A model generated the notes under the pieces. That model made no database searches and was not told the origin of the DNA. It saw only the letters and a program-made list of their open reading frames with translations. 64,000 nt of DNA, taken from positions 64,001-128,000 of the forward strand of contig CAVYXA010000005.1 in assembly GCA_963772365.1 (NCBI GenBank), written 5' to 3'. Numbering within the stretch: position 1 is the first letter of the stretch; every line of letters begins with the position of its first letter. The stretch comes from an uncultured Verrucomicrobiae bacterium (GTDB taxonomy: Bacteria > Verrucomicrobiota > Verrucomicrobiia > Chthoniobacterales > UBA10450). The position numbers and the translations under genes are program-made. Positions 63,177 through 64,000 of the stretch are shown here, piece by piece.

Positions 63177-64000
63177 ATACCAACACACTCACGCCGGAAC
63201 TGCTGCACAAAATGGACGCCTATTGGCGGGCCGCGAACTATCTTTCGGTCGGCCAGATTTATCTCTACGACAATCCGCTTCTGAAAGAGCCGCTAAAACT
63301 GTCGCACGTGAAGCCGCTGGTGGTTGGTCACTGGGGCACGACGCCGGGCCAGAACTTCATCTATGTGCATTTGAACCGAGTCATTAAGAAGTATGACCTA
63401 AACATGTTCTACATCGCGGGCCCCGGTCACGGCGGCCCGGCCATTGTGGGCAATGTTTACCTCGAAGGTACCTGGAGTGAAGTTTATCCGAACATCACCC
63501 AGGACGAAGCGGGACTGAAGAAGCTGTTCAAGCAATTCTCGTTTCCCGGCGGAATTTCCAGTCATGTGGCGCCTACGACACCGGGGTCAATTCACGAAGG
63601 CGGCGAGCTGGGTTATTCGCTCAGTCATGCTTTCGGGGCCGCATTTGACAATCCAGACCTGATCGTCGCCTGCGTCGTCGGCGATGGTGAAGCGGAAACC
63701 GGCCCGTTGGCGACCGCATGGCAGTCCAACAAGTTGCTAAATCCAATTACCGACGGAGCGGTGCTGCCGATCCTGCATCTCAACGGTTACAAAATCAGCA
63801 ACCCGACCGTTCTGGCCCGTATCGAGCATGAGGAGTTGGAACAATTTTTCCGCGGCTGCGGCTGGACACCTTACTTCGTAGAAGGTGATGAGCCGGAGAA
63901 GATGCATCAACTCATGGCCGCCACGTTGGAAGAGGTCATCGAGGACATCCGGCAAATCCGAACGAATGCGCGGGACAAGAATGACACCACTCGTGCGCGG
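63173..64000 (+). CDS. xfp: Phosphoketolase (runs off the window end)
   Basis: [44 protein letters not shown]. Confidence 0.95.
   Translation, partial: MNTNTLTPELLHKMDAYWRAANYLSVGQIYLYDNPLLKEPLKLSHVKPLVVGHWGTTPGQNFIYVHLNRVIKKYDLNMFYIAGPGHGGPAIVGNVYLEGTWSEVYPNITQDEAGLKKLFKQFSFPGGISSHVAPTTPGSIHEGGELGYSLSHAFGAAFDNPDLIVACVVGDGEAETGPLATAWQSNKLLNPITDGAVLPILHLNGYKISNPTVLARIEHEELEQFFRGCGWTPYFVEGDEPEKMHQLMAATLEEVIEDIRQIRTNARDKNDTTRAR

Overview
Bacterial window, probably Verrucomicrobiota (Chthoniobacterales-like, inferred from VPDSG/VPDGG-CTERM proteins). About 0.1-46 kb is an exopolysaccharide (EPS) plus exosortase/PEP-CTERM locus. It holds two beta-helix-like secreted paralogs, epimerase/dehydrogenases, GT2/GT4/GT9, flippase, Wza, an OM beta-barrel, two AsnB-like ligases, a deacetylase, GNAT and FemAB-like transferases, three sulfotransferases with CysQ, an exosortase, four CTERM proteins, PrsK/PrsR/PrsT and an RfaH/NusG paralog. 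46-54.9 kb is housekeeping (fumC, MBL hydrolase, methyltransferases, tRNA-Val). 55-64 kb looks like an accessory stress/fermentation block (PRC-barrel, ADH, HAD, transporter, ackA, xfp). Most notable: (1) a tRNA-Ser-bodied RNA inside the EPS operon whose anticodon loop is replaced by a GAAA tetraloop, 1.1 kb from a FemAB/FemX-like gene, suggesting a dedicated non-ribosomal seryl carrier (inference); (2) degenerate 7/8-nt periodic repeats at gene junctions, often as inverted arms that bracket a four-helix-bundle gene or sit in-frame in enzymes; (3) a five-copy GTCGGA-N5-TTACG enhancer with sigma54 promoters at conserved spacing; (4) a 26-bp palindrome with an 8-bp target duplication. Around ten single-base frameshifts, many at short homopolymers, are most likely assembly errors. 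All product calls come from motif recognition, not database searches.
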